A stretch of DNA of 34,495 nucleotides from UHGV virus genome UHGV-0366749. One strand, written 5' to 3'. Shown here in pieces: positions 1 through 9,727 of the stretch; the first letter of the stretch is position 1, and each line of letters starts with the position of its first letter. The position numbers and the translations under genes are program-made. Below the pieces are notes generated by a model that was given only the letters and a program-made list of their open reading frames with translations, was not told where the DNA came from and searched no databases. This stretch comes from a virus.

Positions 1-2
1 AA

Positions 3-134
3 CAATGGTTTGAACCCGGAACCGCCCGCGCGCTTGATGCGTTTATTGAGGGGATGACGCTGCATTTTGTCACCGACCGTAAGCCGCTATCGCGCGAGGA
101 GATTTTGAGGATGGTTGAGAGGGTTGCAGGGTAG
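3..134 (+). CDS. 3' end of a flanking host gene (partial, identity unknown)
   Basis: Open frame from the window edge ending at TAG 132-134 (…[10 protein letters not shown]), directly upstream of the proposed attL core. Product not recognised. Confidence 0.3.
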
Positions 135-150
135 TAGATAAGTTTTAGAT

Positions 151-164
151 AACAAAAAACCCAT
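151..164. repeat. attL: Putative attL core (direct repeat with 34327..34340)
   Basis: 14-nt aacaaaaaacccat is repeated exactly at both ends of the prophage, about 75 bp beyond the int 3' end and about 75 bp beyond ogr, as expected for P2-type integration. Confidence 0.4.
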
Positions 165-238
165 TTATGTAAACGGGTTAATGAAAACAATAAGTTAGAT
201 TAAAAACAATAAGTTAGGTTGGTGGTCAGTGGTGGTTA

Positions 239-1291
239 TTACGGGGTAATGCCAACCGCTGCCGCCACTTTGTCGCCACTTGGCAGCGTTGCCAGAGGAT
301 TGAAACGGAGCGCCGTTTCCAGATGATCCGGTGCCAGATGTGCGTAACGCATAGTCATTTTTATATCGTGGTGTCCGAGAATTTTTTGTAAGGCCAGAAT
401 GTTTCCACCCGACATCATGAAGTGCGCCGCAAACGTATGGCGCAGAACGTGTGTGAGTTGACCGCGAGGGAGCACGATAGACGTTTTTTCCATCACGGAT
501 AAAAATTGAAAATAGCAGTCTGTGAAGAAATTGAACCCATCAAGCGCCATGATCTCTTCGTAAAGCTCTTTACTGATAGGGATGCTTCTGTTTTTCTTCC
601 CCTTCGTTCTGACAAAGGTAATTCGGTATTTGGTCACCTGTGAGCGGGTAAGATTTACGGCTTCACGCCAGCGTGCGCCTGTGCTTAAGCATATCTTAAC
701 TACCAGTGCCAGAATTGGGTCCTGACGTTTGCAATCAGCCAGCAATTCAACAATCTGCTCATGGGTAAGCCATGCCATCTCTTTTTCTGCGATGGTGAAT
801 TTTCGCATGTTCTCCAGTGGGTTCGGATACGACCATTCGCCCAGACGGGATAGTTCGCTAAAAACACTACTTAGATAGCTTTGCTCCAGGTTAATGGTGA
901 CCGGGCTTGCTCCTTTCTTCCATTTCTCGCTGAAGTAGATCTCGCCTGTCAGGCGTTTATCTCGATAGTGGGCAAACATTTTAGAGGTGAGATCGGTTGC
1001 AAGAGGATTGCCCAGAGCGTCAACCATCAACAGCAATTTGTCATAGACATGCTGCCCAGCTGTCAGAGATTTACCATGTAGTTTGAACCATAGCTCAACC
1101 ACGTCTTTCAGTGTTCGACGATCCACTGATTCACCCAGCCAGGGCTTTGCTTCGGTTTCTTCCATCGTGTGGCGCTCAAAAGCCAGTGCTTCGCCTTTGG
1201 TGACGAATTGTTTACGCACACGACGCCCACTTCGTCCGGCGGGGTAACATTCGCAAAGCCATTTCCCAGTGGTGAGTTTTCGTACTGCCAT
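239..1291 (-). CDS. int: Tyrosine integrase (P2 Int family)
   Basis: C-terminal HxxR…Y tyrosine-recombinase region (…LRHTFAAHFMMSGGNILALQKILGHHDIKMTMRYAH…). Start chosen at the internal ATG (MAVRKLTTGKW…) preceded by GGAGGG; the longer ORF to 1447 is probably an N-terminal over-extension. Confidence 0.9.
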   Translation of the reverse strand: MAVRKLTTGKWLCECYPAGRSGRRVRKQFVTKGEALAFERHTMEETEAKPWLGESVDRRTLKDVVELWFKLHGKSLTAGQHVYDKLLLMVDALGNPLATDLTSKMFAHYRDKRLTGEIYFSEKWKKGASPVTINLEQSYLSSVFSELSRLGEWSYPNPLENMRKFTIAEKEMAWLTHEQIVELLADCKRQDPILALVVKICLSTGARWREAVNLTRSQVTKYRITFVRTKGKKNRSIPISKELYEEIMALDGFNFFTDCYFQFLSVMEKTSIVLPRGQLTHVLRHTFAAHFMMSGGNILALQKILGHHDIKMTMRYAHLAPDHLETALRFNPLATLPSGDKVAAAVGITP

Positions 1292-1479
1292 AAAAAATGC
1301 CCTCCAGTAGAGAGCATTTTCACTGTATGTATAACCAGTGTCAATGTATGAAATCCTACGACCATACATCTCACTGAAGCCATAATTAAGTTGGCTATTC
1401 TTTTTGCTATGTGAGCATGTAACTTTTGCGGTTAACCTGCGGCTCATTTTTATTTTAGACGCAGATATAAAAGCAAAAG

Positions 1480-1671
1480 TTATCGTGAGTTTTTAGTACA
1501 GATTTTTTTGGATTTACTAATAGTTCCATCATTGCAAACGAATTTGCCATCTGAGGTACAGTGAGAAACACCTCCCTTTTTCCCTGAGCAGGGATAATTT
1601 CTAGCATAGGTAGTTAGTGGGTTTAATAACAAAGAACATGACAAAACCACAAAAAATACCTTACCAAGCAT
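1480..1671 (-). CDS. Small secreted cysteine-rich protein (63 aa), possible lysogenic-conversion moron
   Basis: Strong RBS (GGAGG, 5-nt spacer) before the ATG; N-terminal hydrophobic signal-like segment and four Cys in the predicted mature part; AT-rich; lies between cI and int on the lysogenic-strand transcript. Confidence 0.55.
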   Translation of the reverse strand: MLGKVFFVVLSCSLLLNPLTTYARNYPCSGKKGGVSHCTSDGKFVCNDGTISKSKKICTKNSR

Positions 1672-1686
1672 AGTTTCCTCCCGGTA

Positions 1687-2256
1687 CTATTTAACATACT
1701 TGACTGTTAAACTTATAATTTTACCAATTATTTCAATGTCTTCTATCTTGCATTCGAAGGCTCTGTTTCCACCCTCGACGAAGATTCTTCCACCGGGTAA
1801 ACGAGTAATGTCACGGATCGTTATTTCGCCATCAATACTTATTACCCATTTACCATCACGTATATCATCAAATTCTTTATCACAAATAAATTCAGAATTG
1901 TTATCTGTGATGACAAAAGGTTTTTTAAACGTAGAGGGTAGAAATCCCTTATCAAAAATATAAAAACCGTCTTTCTGCAATGCTCCATCAGACAATAAAT
2001 ATTTTTCTACTTCTATAGTATTTGTATTTGCTGATGCTTGCTTTGAACCATGCCCTGTTGTTAGCCAATTAAGCGAGGTGCCCGTTTCAAGGGCGCACTG
2101 GATTACCCAATCTGCTGGAAAAATATCACGCATATAGCGCGTTGCCATGGTGCTCTTAGAAACACCTAAATGATCACATAGAGCCTGACGGGTACCGAAC
2201 CCATATGCTTCAACTAAACGTTCTATGGCTTTCTTACCGCCGCTATTGAAATCCAC
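1687..2256 (-). CDS. cI: 186-type CI immunity repressor
   Basis: Recalled similarity to phage 186 CI (CALETG…WLTTG; LPGG…V.GG…FEC.I.DI). Start set to the GTG preceded by TGGAGGA rather than the upstream ATG at 2343, giving about 190 aa. Confidence 0.75.
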   Translation of the reverse strand: MDFNSGGKKAIERLVEAYGFGTRQALCDHLGVSKSTMATRYMRDIFPADWVIQCALETGTSLNWLTTGHGSKQASANTNTIEVEKYLLSDGALQKDGFYIFDKGFLPSTFKKPFVITDNNSEFICDKEFDDIRDGKWVISIDGEITIRDITRLPGGRIFVEGGNRAFECKIEDIEIIGKIISLTVKYVK

Positions 2257-2401
2257 AAGTCCTCCAAAGAAATCCAAAATTCGTTGACAGATTCCAAAAG
2301 CGATCTTAAAGTTGAACCAGAAGTGTTCTTTTGGAGCCTTCACTACTAATCACGACAAACAACGGCTCGCCACAAGCCATATCTAGAAGGAATGTTGCCT
2401 T

Positions 2402-2605
2402 ATGACACCTAACATTTCAATTACTCTGAATACACCACATGTCACAATCGAACGTTATAGCGAACTGACTGGCCTTTCTATTGATACGATTAACGACATG
2501 TTGGCTGATGGCCGACTACCTCGTCATCGTCTTCGTAAAGACAAAAAACGTGAAAAGGTAATGATTAACCTGGCTGCTCTGACTGTTGATGCTTTGTCTG
2601 CTTAA
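2402..2605 (+). CDS. apl: Apl/Cox-like small DNA-binding protein (first gene of the lytic operon)
   Basis: Divergent from cI, 67 aa and basic, in the position of 186 apl / P2 cox. Assignment is by position rather than sequence. Confidence 0.5.
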   Translation: MTPNISITLNTPHVTIERYSELTGLSIDTINDMLADGRLPRHRLRKDKKREKVMINLAALTVDALSA

Positions 2606-2669
2606 TAGACGTCTATTTTCGCAATAAGACGCTGAGTTCGATTTTGCGATAAGTTCGGAGTTGAAAACC

Positions 2670-3179
2670 ATGTTTGATTACCAAGTTTCCAAACATCCAC
2701 ATTTTGATGAAGCCTGTCGTGCATTCGCACTGCGCCACAATCTGGTGCAACTGGCAGAACGTGCGGGCATGAATGTGCAGATTCTGCGGAACAAGCTGAA
2801 CCCAGCTCAACCTCATTTATTAACCGCACCAGAAATCTGGCTGCTTACCGATCTGACTGAAGATTCAACGTTGGTAGATGGTTTTCTGGCACAGATTCAT
2901 TGTCTGCCATGTGTACCGATTAATGAGGTAGCAAAAGAGAAACTGCCGCATTACGTCATGAGCGCAACTGCAGAGATCGGGCGTGTTGCAGCAGGTGCGG
3001 TATCTGGTGATGTAAAAACTAGTGCCGGTCGTCGTGATGCTATCAGCAGCATTAACTCTGTAACACGACTGATGGCGCTGGCTGCTGTTTCATTGCAGGC
3101 CCGTTTACAGGCTAATCCTGCGATGGCGAGTGCAGTTGATACCGTGACTGGCCTCGGTGCTTCATTCGGTTTGCTGTGA
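2670..3179 (+). CDS. cII: CII-like lysogeny establishment protein (186 type)
   Basis: 169 aa from the ATG at 2670 (the listed ORF begins at an upstream TTG), the same length as 186 CII, with a CGGAG RBS and the expected position after apl. Confidence 0.65.
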   Translation: MFDYQVSKHPHFDEACRAFALRHNLVQLAERAGMNVQILRNKLNPAQPHLLTAPEIWLLTDLTEDSTLVDGFLAQIHCLPCVPINEVAKEKLPHYVMSATAEIGRVAAGAVSGDVKTSAGRRDAISSINSVTRLMALAAVSLQARLQANPAMASAVDTVTGLGASFGLL

Positions 3180-3186
3180 GGTGCTT

Positions 3187-3483
3187 ATGCTGACGAAAGA
3201 ACCATCATTTGCATCGCTGCTGGTAAAACAAAGCCCGGCAATGCACTACGGTCACGGCTGGATCACGGGTGAGGATGGAAAACGCTGGCATCCATGTCAT
3301 TCACAAGATGAATTGCTGTCTGAATTGACCACGAGGAAACGGAGAAAGTCCAAATGTATGCGGCAGAAAGTGAAGTGGTTTATCAGTTTCGTTACAGAGG
3401 GGAGAGTTATTCAGTACCTGAAGATGATTTGCTCTGTTGCTATCCGTCATTGTCGGGCGATGGCAGTTACTTTTTCACGTTAA
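3187..3483 (+). CDS. Hypothetical early protein
   Basis: ATG at 3187 preceded by GAGGTG; overlaps the next ORF in another frame, so one of the two may be mis-called. Confidence 0.3.
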   Translation: MLTKEPSFASLLVKQSPAMHYGHGWITGEDGKRWHPCHSQDELLSELTTRKRRKSKCMRQKVKWFISFVTEGRVIQYLKMICSVAIRHCRAMAVTFSR

Positions 3484-3578
3484 AGGATGGGACGTTTTTA
3501 CGGGGAGAGCAGGTTAAAGAGACGATACGAAAAAATGTATCTCCTCTTGAGCGTTACCGTAAGAACAAAGAACGATAG
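3354..3578 (+). CDS. Hypothetical early protein (74 aa)
   Basis: ATG with a GGAG-type RBS; in the position of 186 fil/dhr-type small early genes. Confidence 0.4.
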   Translation: MYAAESEVVYQFRYRGESYSVPEDDLLCCYPSLSGDGSYFFTLKDGTFLRGEQVKETIRKNVSPLERYRKNKER

Positions 3579-3600
3579 CTGCGTTTGGGGGATATGAAGT

Positions 3601-3942
3601 ATGGCAATTAATGGCGCTGCAGCAACTGTTCCATTAAGCCCCGGTGAACGCCTGAATGGACTTAATCACATTGCAGAGTTAAGGGCGAAAGTTTTTGGCC
3701 TGAATATTGAGTCAGAGCTTGAGCGGTTTATTAAAGATATGCGTGATCCACGGGATATCAATAATGAACAAAATAAACGGGCACTGGCTGCCATATTCTT
3801 TATGGCAAAAATTCCAGCTGAACGTCATAGCATCAGCATTAATGAGCTGACCACTGACGAAAAGCGGGAGCTGATTAAAGCAATGAATCATTTTCGTGCA
3901 GTGGTGAGCTTATTTCCCAGACGGCTAACCATGCCGAATTAA
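3601..3942 (+). CDS. Hypothetical early protein (113 aa)
   Basis: ATG with an upstream G-rich RBS, same strand as the early operon. Confidence 0.5.
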   Translation: MAINGAAATVPLSPGERLNGLNHIAELRAKVFGLNIESELERFIKDMRDPRDINNEQNKRALAAIFFMAKIPAERHSISINELTTDEKRELIKAMNHFRAVVSLFPRRLTMPN

Positions 3943-4009
3943 CCAACTAATGAAATTAATGGCGTAAACCCGCCGGGCATCCCTTTATCTAAATTCAGGA
4001 GAATTGATT

Positions 4010-4243
4010 ATGCGTAATATTGAAACCCTCACGACTAAAACCGGACCGGATGACGCAGGGCTTAATATTTTACTGACAGAGGCTCGTCTGGAAGAACGCC
4101 GGGCAAGGGCTGAAGCAATGGCTGCTCGCCTTGATAGCCTGGCGTGTCATATCTCATCCCGCCAGCTAAACCACGTGGAAGCGGCAGAACTGCTGCGCGT
4201 GACTGCTGAAGCAATCCAGAACGAAGCGCAGGAGATCCACTAA
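4010..4243 (+). CDS. Hypothetical early protein (78 aa)
   Basis: ATG at 4010 preceded by CAGGAG with an 8-nt spacer; its stop overlaps the next start (TAATG). Confidence 0.5.
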   Translation: MRNIETLTTKTGPDDAGLNILLTEARLEERRARAEAMAARLDSLACHISSRQLNHVEAAELLRVTAEAIQNEAQEIH

Positions 4244-4470
4244 TGGCTGATGCAATGGATCTCGTACAGCAGCGCGTTGAAGAAGAACGCCAGCGCCATA
4301 TCCGTGCAGCCCGTGCCAAATCACCGGGCGTGTCACGCGTACTTTGCATTGAATGTGAAGCGCCAATTCCGCCAGCACGACGCCGCGCCATTCCGGGAGT
4401 GCAGCTTTGCATTACCTGTCAGGAAATCGCAGAACTGAAAGGCAAACATTACAACGGAGGTGCTGTATGA
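4243..4470 (+). CDS. TraR/DksA-family C4 zinc-finger protein
   Basis: CIECEAPIPPARRRAIPGVQLCITCQ, i.e. CxxC-N17-CxxC, typical of phage TraR/DksA-like proteins; RBS GCAGGAG. Confidence 0.7.
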   Translation: MADAMDLVQQRVEEERQRHIRAARAKSPGVSRVLCIECEAPIPPARRRAIPGVQLCITCQEIAELKGKHYNGGAV

Positions 4471-5324
4471 GCACCATCCTGAAATGGGCGGGAAATAAAA
4501 CCGCCATTATGCCAGAACTGAAAAAATACCTTCCTGCTGGCCCGCGACTGGTTGAACCTTTCGCGGGTTCCTGTGCTGTGATGATGGAAACGGATTATCC
4601 CAGCTATCTGGTTGCGGATATTAATCCTGATTTAATCAACCTCTATAAAAAGGTTGCCGCTGATTGTGAATCGTTTATATCTCGCGCCAGAGTTTTATTT
4701 GAGATCGCAAACAGGGAGGTGGCTTATTACAACATAAGGCAGGAGTTTAACTGCTCAACTGAAATTACTGATTTCATGAAAGCGGTATATTTCCTGTATC
4801 TTAATCGTCACGGTTACCGTGGTTTATGTCGCTATAACAAGAGCGGGCATTTCAACATCCCCTACGGTAATTATAAAAATCCGTATTTCCCTGAAAAAGA
4901 ACTTCGCACATTTGCAGAAAAAGCCCAGCGAGCAACGTTTATCTGCGCCAGCTTTGATGAAACGCTGGCGATGTTGAAGGCGGGAGATGTGGTGTATTGC
5001 GATCCGCCGTATGACGGTACGTTTTCCGGCTATCACACTGATGGTTTCACTGAAGATGACCAGTATCACCTGGCATCCGTTCTTGAACATCGGTCATCAG
5101 AAGGACATCCAGTCATTGTTTCTAACAGTGACACATCCCTGATCCGTTCGCTGTATCGCAATTTTACTCACCACTATATCAAGGTAAAACGCAGCATCGG
5201 TGTGGCAGCTGGCGAGGGTAAATCAGCAACAGAAATCATTGCTGTTTCCGGGCCGCGCTGCTGGATGGGATTTGATTATTCGCGTGGCGTGGATAGTTCT
5301 GCCGTGTACGGAGTACGTGCATGA
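4467..5324 (+). CDS. dam: DNA adenine (N6) methyltransferase, Dam family
   Basis: N-terminal ILKWAGNK…PFAGSCAV (AdoMet-binding) and the DPPY catalytic motif; start overlaps the upstream stop (ATGA) and the stop overlaps the gene A start. Confidence 0.85.
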   Translation: MSTILKWAGNKTAIMPELKKYLPAGPRLVEPFAGSCAVMMETDYPSYLVADINPDLINLYKKVAADCESFISRARVLFEIANREVAYYNIRQEFNCSTEITDFMKAVYFLYLNRHGYRGLCRYNKSGHFNIPYGNYKNPYFPEKELRTFAEKAQRATFICASFDETLAMLKAGDVVYCDPPYDGTFSGYHTDGFTEDDQYHLASVLEHRSSEGHPVIVSNSDTSLIRSLYRNFTHHYIKVKRSIGVAAGEGKSATEIIAVSGPRCWMGFDYSRGVDSSAVYGVRA

Positions 5325-7735
5325 GTCATGCCGATATGAACAACTGCTGCGGCTTTAACGAGGCTGCCGCAGCATTCTCATGGAACAGCCCGAAAAAGGC
5401 CATTAACCCTTATCTGGACCCGGCGGAAGTTGCGCCGGTTTCTACGCTTTCAAACCTGATCACTCTGTACGCTGCCGATAACGAGCAGGAACAGTTGCGC
5501 CGCGAGGCACTGAGTGATCAGGTCTGGGAGCGTTATTTCTTTAATGAATCACGTGATCCTGTCCAGCGCGAAATGGAGCAGGATAAGCTCATTAGCCAGG
5601 CAAAGCTGGCGCATGAGCAGCAGCGTTTTAATTCAGACATGGTCATTCTGGCGGACGTCAACGCCCAGCCTTCCCATATCAGCAAGCCGCTGATGCAACG
5701 TATTGAATACTTCAGCAGCCTGGGCAGGCCAAAGGCTTATTCCCGCTATTTACGTGAGACGATTAAGCCATGTCTGGAACGACTGGAGCATGTACGCGAC
5801 AGTCAGCTATCTGCATCTTTTCGCTTTATGGCAAGCCATGAAGGGCTGGACGGCCTGCTGATCCTGCCTGAAATGAGTCAGGATCAGGTGAAACGCCTGT
5901 CCACCCTGGTAGCTGCGCATATGAGTATGTGCCTTGATGCAGCTTGTGGTGATTTGTATGCCACCGATGACGTTAAGCCAGAAGAAATCCGCAAGACATG
6001 GGAAAAGGTGGCAGCGGAAACCCTGCGTCTGGATGTCATCCCACCTGCGTTTGAGCAACTCCGTCGGAAAAGAAACCGCCGTAAACCCGTGCCCTATGAA
6101 CTCATTCCGGGTTCGCTGGCGCGTATGTTGTGCGCCGACTGGTGGTACCGGAAATTATGGAAGATGCGTTGCGAATGGCGGGAAGAGCAGTTGCGCGCTG
6201 TTTGCCTGGTCAGCAAAAAAGCATCTCCTTATGTCAGCTATGAAGCCGTGATGCATAAACGTGAGCAGCGCCGTAAGTCGCTGGAGTTTTTCCGTTCTCA
6301 TGAACTGGTGAACGAAGACGGCGACACGCTGGACATGGAGGATGTGGTAAACGCCAGCAGCAGCAACCCTGCGCATCGCCGCAATGAGATGATGGCCTGT
6401 GTTAAAGGTCTGGAGCTTATCGCGGAAATGCGCGGTGACTGCGCCGTTTTCTACACTATCACCTGTCCGTCGCGTTTCCATTCCACGCTAAATAACGGCA
6501 GACCAAACCCGACCTGGACAAACGCGACGGTAAGACAAAGCAGCGATTATCTGGTCGGCATGTTTGCTGCATTTCGTAAGGCGATGCACAAAGCCGGGTT
6601 GCGCTGGTATGGCGTGCGGGTGGCTGAGCCGCATCATGATGGCACAGTTCACTGGCACCTGTTGTGTTTCATGCGCAAAAAAGACCGCCGTGCCATCACT
6701 GCATTACTGCGTAAGTTTGCCATCCGTGAAGACCGCGAGGAGCTGGGCAATAACACTGGGCCGCGCTTTAAGTCTGAGTTGATTAACCCGCGCAAAGGAA
6801 CGCCGACAAGCTACATCGCGAAATATATCAGTAAGAACATTGACGGTCGTGGTCTGGCTGGCGAGATCAGCAAGGAAACGGGTAAATCTCTGCGTGATAA
6901 CGCTGAATACGTGAATGCCTGGGCGTCTCTGCATCGTGTTCAGCAATTCCGCTTCTTTGGTATTCCGGGGCGTCAGGCTTACCGTGAACTTCGCTTGCTG
7001 GCTGGTCAGGCGGCAAGGCAACAGGGTGACAAAAAAGCAGGTGTGCCGGTACTGGATAACCCGCGTCTTGATGCCATTCTGGCTGCTGCTGATGCTGGTT
7101 GTTTTGCCACCTACATCATGAAGCAGGGCGGCGTACTGGTTCCCCGTAAATATCACCTCATCAGAACCGCTTATGAAATCAACGAAGAGCCGACCGCCTA
7201 TGGCGATCACGGCATTCGTATTTATGGCATCTGGTCACCCATTGCAGAGGGCAAGATCTGCACTCATGCAGTGAAGTGGAAAATGGTTCGTAAAGCCGTT
7301 GACGTTCAGGAGGCGGCAGCCGACCAGGGCGCTTGCGCCCCTTGGACTCGTGGCAATAACTGTCCCCTTGCTGAAAATTTGTACCAACAAGGGAAAGACA
7401 AATCAGCTGATGGGGATACCAGAACGGATATCACCCGCATGGATGACAAGGAATTGCACGATTACCTGCACAGTATGAACAAAAAAGAGCGCCGGGAACT
7501 GGCTGCAAGGTTACGCCTGGTGAAACCGAAACGGCGTAGAGACTACAAACAGCGAATTACAGATCATCAGCGACAGCAGCTCGTCTATGAACTGAAGTCC
7601 AGAGGATTTGATGGCAGCGAGAAAGAGGTCGATTTACTCCTTCGCGGTGGCAGTATTCCGTCAGGAGCAGGCCTGCGTATCTTCTATCGGAACCAGCGTT
7701 TGCAGGAAGATGATAAGTGGCGGGATCTGTATTAA
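5321..7735 (+). CDS. A: Rolling-circle replication initiation endonuclease (P2 gpA family)
   Basis: 804 aa with an HUH-type motif ([10 protein letters not shown]), the size and position of P2/186 gene A. Confidence 0.9.
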   Translation: MSHADMNNCCGFNEAAAAFSWNSPKKAINPYLDPAEVAPVSTLSNLITLYAADNEQEQLRREALSDQVWERYFFNESRDPVQREMEQDKLISQAKLAHEQQRFNSDMVILADVNAQPSHISKPLMQRIEYFSSLGRPKAYSRYLRETIKPCLERLEHVRDSQLSASFRFMASHEGLDGLLILPEMSQDQVKRLSTLVAAHMSMCLDAACGDLYATDDVKPEEIRKTWEKVAAETLRLDVIPPAFEQLRRKRNRRKPVPYELIPGSLARMLCADWWYRKLWKMRCEWREEQLRAVCLVSKKASPYVSYEAVMHKREQRRKSLEFFRSHELVNEDGDTLDMEDVVNASSSNPAHRRNEMMACVKGLELIAEMRGDCAVFYTITCPSRFHSTLNNGRPNPTWTNATVRQSSDYLVGMFAAFRKAMHKAGLRWYGVRVAEPHHDGTVHWHLLCFMRKKDRRAITALLRKFAIREDREELGNNTGPRFKSELINPRKGTPTSYIAKYISKNIDGRGLAGEISKETGKSLRDNAEYVNAWASLHRVQQFRFFGIPGRQAYRELRLLAGQAARQQGDKKAGVPVLDNPRLDAILAAADAGCFATYIMKQGGVLVPRKYHLIRTAYEINEEPTAYGDHGIRIYGIWSPIAEGKICTHAVKWKMVRKAVDVQEAAADQGACAPWTRGNNCPLAENLYQQGKDKSADGDTRTDITRMDDKELHDYLHSMNKKERRELAARLRLVKPKRRRDYKQRITDHQRQQLVYELKSRGFDGSEKEVDLLLRGGSIPSGAGLRIFYRNQRLQEDDKWRDLY

Positions 7736-7804
7736 TTACGCGGGTTAACAATTCGTGCTCTTAATAATACCAGGCATATCAGGCTGATGAACGTAAAAAA
7801 ACGT

Positions 7805-7833
7805 TTTACATCAGTGAGATTATTATATACTGT
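7805..7833 (+). promoter_or_regulatory. Sigma70-like promoter (-35 TTTACA, 17-bp spacer, -10 TACTGT) overlapping a LexA-box-like sequence
   Basis: Read directly from the sequence upstream of the 7888 ORF. Confidence 0.4.
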
Positions 7834-7847
7834 AAATATAACCAGTG
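7828..7847. promoter_or_regulatory. Candidate LexA (SOS) operator
   Basis: TACTGTAAATATAACCAGTG against consensus TACTGTATATATATACAGTA: CTGT-N8-CCAG with one mismatch in the right half; overlaps the putative -10. Confidence 0.45.
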
Positions 7848-7887
7848 GTTATGTATACAGTATTGCTTTGGTGTCATAGGAGGAAAG

Positions 7888-8076
7888 ATGCAGGACTATT
7901 TTTTGGAGTCTTTGAAGCTCCAGCGCATTGATTTTTTTCTTAAGCTTGTAGCGGCTAGTGAGTGTAGTGATGAAGAGAAGGGGCTGGCCCTGCAGTGGGT
8001 TTCTGAACTGACAGATGAACTCATGGCAAAAATCAGAACCCATGAATACAACCGCTCAATGGATGTCATCAGCTGA
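7888..8076 (+). CDS. Small SOS-operon protein (62 aa), possible Tum-like N-terminal module
   Basis: Strong RBS TAGGAGGA before the ATG; immediately downstream of the LexA-box-like promoter and upstream of the DinI-like gene. Confidence 0.5.
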   Translation: MQDYFLESLKLQRIDFFLKLVAASECSDEEKGLALQWVSELTDELMAKIRTHEYNRSMDVIS

Positions 8077-8086
8077 GGTGACTTTT

Positions 8087-8320
8087 ATGCGCATTGAAAT
8101 AATGATCGATAAAGAGCAGAAGATTAGCCAGTCTACACTGGACGCCCTTGAATCCGAGCTTTACCGCAATCTGCGCCCCCTGTATCCCAAAACGGTAATT
8201 CGTATCCGCAAAGGTAGCTCTAACGGTGTGGAACTGACCGGACTGCAACTGGACGAAGAAAGAAAACAAGTGATGAAAATTATGCAGAAGGTCTGGGAGG
8301 ACGACAGCTGGTTACACTAG
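8087..8320 (+). CDS. dinI: DinI-family protein
   Basis: 77 aa (MRIEIMIDKEQKIS…IMQKVWEDDSWL) resembling E. coli DinI from memory; GAGGTG RBS. Confidence 0.8.
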   Translation: MRIEIMIDKEQKISQSTLDALESELYRNLRPLYPKTVIRIRKGSSNGVELTGLQLDEERKQVMKIMQKVWEDDSWLH

Positions 8321-8326
8321 CGAACG

Positions 8327-8361
8327 TTGCGGACGATAAAACTGGTTTTTATCGTCCGCAA
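8327..8361 (+). terminator. Hairpin downstream of the dinI-like gene
   Basis: Perfect 15-bp inverted repeat ttgcggacgataaaa / ttttatcgtccgcaa with a 5-nt loop. Confidence 0.45.
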
Positions 8362-8526
8362 GGTTGAACAACGAGCCGCGTGAGGCGTTAGAAACGGGTA
8401 GTGAAAAGTGATTTAAGAATGCCTTGTTCCCCTGAAACTTTGGCCTATGCAACAACATTCGACAGCTTTCTTGATTATCATAAGTAACTTGAAGTTTAGG
8501 GACGATTCTGATGGTATACGTGAAAA

Positions 8527-9726
8527 ATGTATCGTGTGTTGCTTTGGCAAAAAGGAGTTTTAGTGGACAACGGCTCAATCACCTTCTTTGATATTACTGC
8601 TTGTGGGTTTTATCGTTTAAAGAATAAACCCGAAGAGCTTGATTATAAATTCGGCGATCTTATGGGGGTTTTGGACGATTTAGAAGGGTGGCTCAAGGAT
8701 AAAAATTTTGAGCAGACTCTCCCATGGAATAAAGAAGAACAACCTCTGCGAACACGAGTTTACAGTCGAGGCCTTGTGAGGGACAGCCAGACTAAAGATG
8801 CAGTAATTGTTTTATACCGTGAAGTGGGGAACGGTAACGGAATACATGGTATTAAGGTCGGTTCTAAAGTAAGTGGTGATAGTAAAGGAACCATTAGGGC
8901 GGGAAGAGAACATGGTGAGGATAAAATAATTTGGGGTGAACCCTGCTATTACTGGATTATTCCTGAGTTGAATAAAATAGCATCAATCAGATTCCCCCAT
9001 TCTTTCGCTGATACTTATCTCTTCGCACAATACTTCATTCAGCATGTAAATAATAATAGTAAGTTAGGTAAAAGAACGAAATCTAAGCGTACATTTGAAT
9101 CAGCTAAGACCCCTGGTCGTTGTGTGGATGTCTACAATACTAAGTTTCAATATAAAGATGGCAAAAATGAGATAAACTGTATCTTCAAGTTTGTATTGGA
9201 AGAAACAAAACTTAAAGCCGCTGAGGAAAACTTTGAAAGGTTAAGGCATAAAATTACACACACATTGATAAAGGATACAACGGTAATAAACCAAAATGAC
9301 ACAAGGCAACCATTGTTGAAGCTAACAAGTGTAGCTTTAGCATCTCTGGTGGGTGAAGAAAAGCGTAATAAGCTTATTGGGGCACCTCCTGTTTTGGAGC
9401 AGCCTCGTAAAATTGAAGTTAAAATTGACGGTGCACCATCATCGGATGAGCTTCGAAATCTCTTCTCAATGAGAGGTGAAGAGTCTGAATGGGATGTGGG
9501 TTTTTTACTGGCTGATCGTGCTAATCCGGTTTGGCTCAGTAGCTATGTAGCCAGGACTAAACTTCCTCTTCAAGATTCGGATGGGTTTGAGCATTATTCA
9601 GCGCGTTTTTTACTGGATGAAATAAACAAAATTCGTGATGATTTGATTAGTGAAGTAAAATATGCTGAGGAAGCATCCATTAAAGAATCTGAAGCTGCAT
9701 CCACAAAAAAGATAGCGGAAGGTTGA
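8527..9726 (+). CDS. Uncharacterised 399-aa soluble protein, gene 1 of a coupled two-gene accessory cassette
   Basis: Long ORF in a sharply AT-rich island at the P2 tin/old position. An in-frame GTG at 8563 with AAGGAG 5 nt upstream is the more likely start. No Walker A, CD-NTase, reverse-transcriptase or other motif recognised. Confidence 0.7.
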   Translation: MYRVLLWQKGVLVDNGSITFFDITACGFYRLKNKPEELDYKFGDLMGVLDDLEGWLKDKNFEQTLPWNKEEQPLRTRVYSRGLVRDSQTKDAVIVLYREVGNGNGIHGIKVGSKVSGDSKGTIRAGREHGEDKIIWGEPCYYWIIPELNKIASIRFPHSFADTYLFAQYFIQHVNNNSKLGKRTKSKRTFESAKTPGRCVDVYNTKFQYKDGKNEINCIFKFVLEETKLKAAEENFERLRHKITHTLIKDTTVINQNDTRQPLLKLTSVALASLVGEEKRNKLIGAPPVLEQPRKIEVKIDGAPSSDELRNLFSMRGEESEWDVGFLLADRANPVWLSSYVARTKLPLQDSDGFEHYSARFLLDEINKIRDDLISEVKYAEEASIKESEAASTKKIAEG

Positions 9727-9727
9727 T

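Noticed and set aside
1292-1447. N-terminal extension of the integrase ORF
   Set aside because: The internal ATG at 1291 has a GGAGGG RBS and gives a P2-Int-like N-terminus; the extension is AT-rich and non-homologous.
2257-2343. N-terminal extension of the cI ORF from the upstream ATG
   Set aside because: The in-frame GTG at 2256 is preceded by a strong TGGAGGA RBS and gives a 186-CI-like length; the extension probably covers the operator/promoter region.
8527-9726. HEPN-like Rx4-6H pattern (RLRHKITH) and possible nucleotidyltransferase or Old-type ATPase motifs in the 399-aa protein
   Set aside because: The short pattern is expected by chance, and no Walker A or GS…DxD motif was found, so I make no domain claim.
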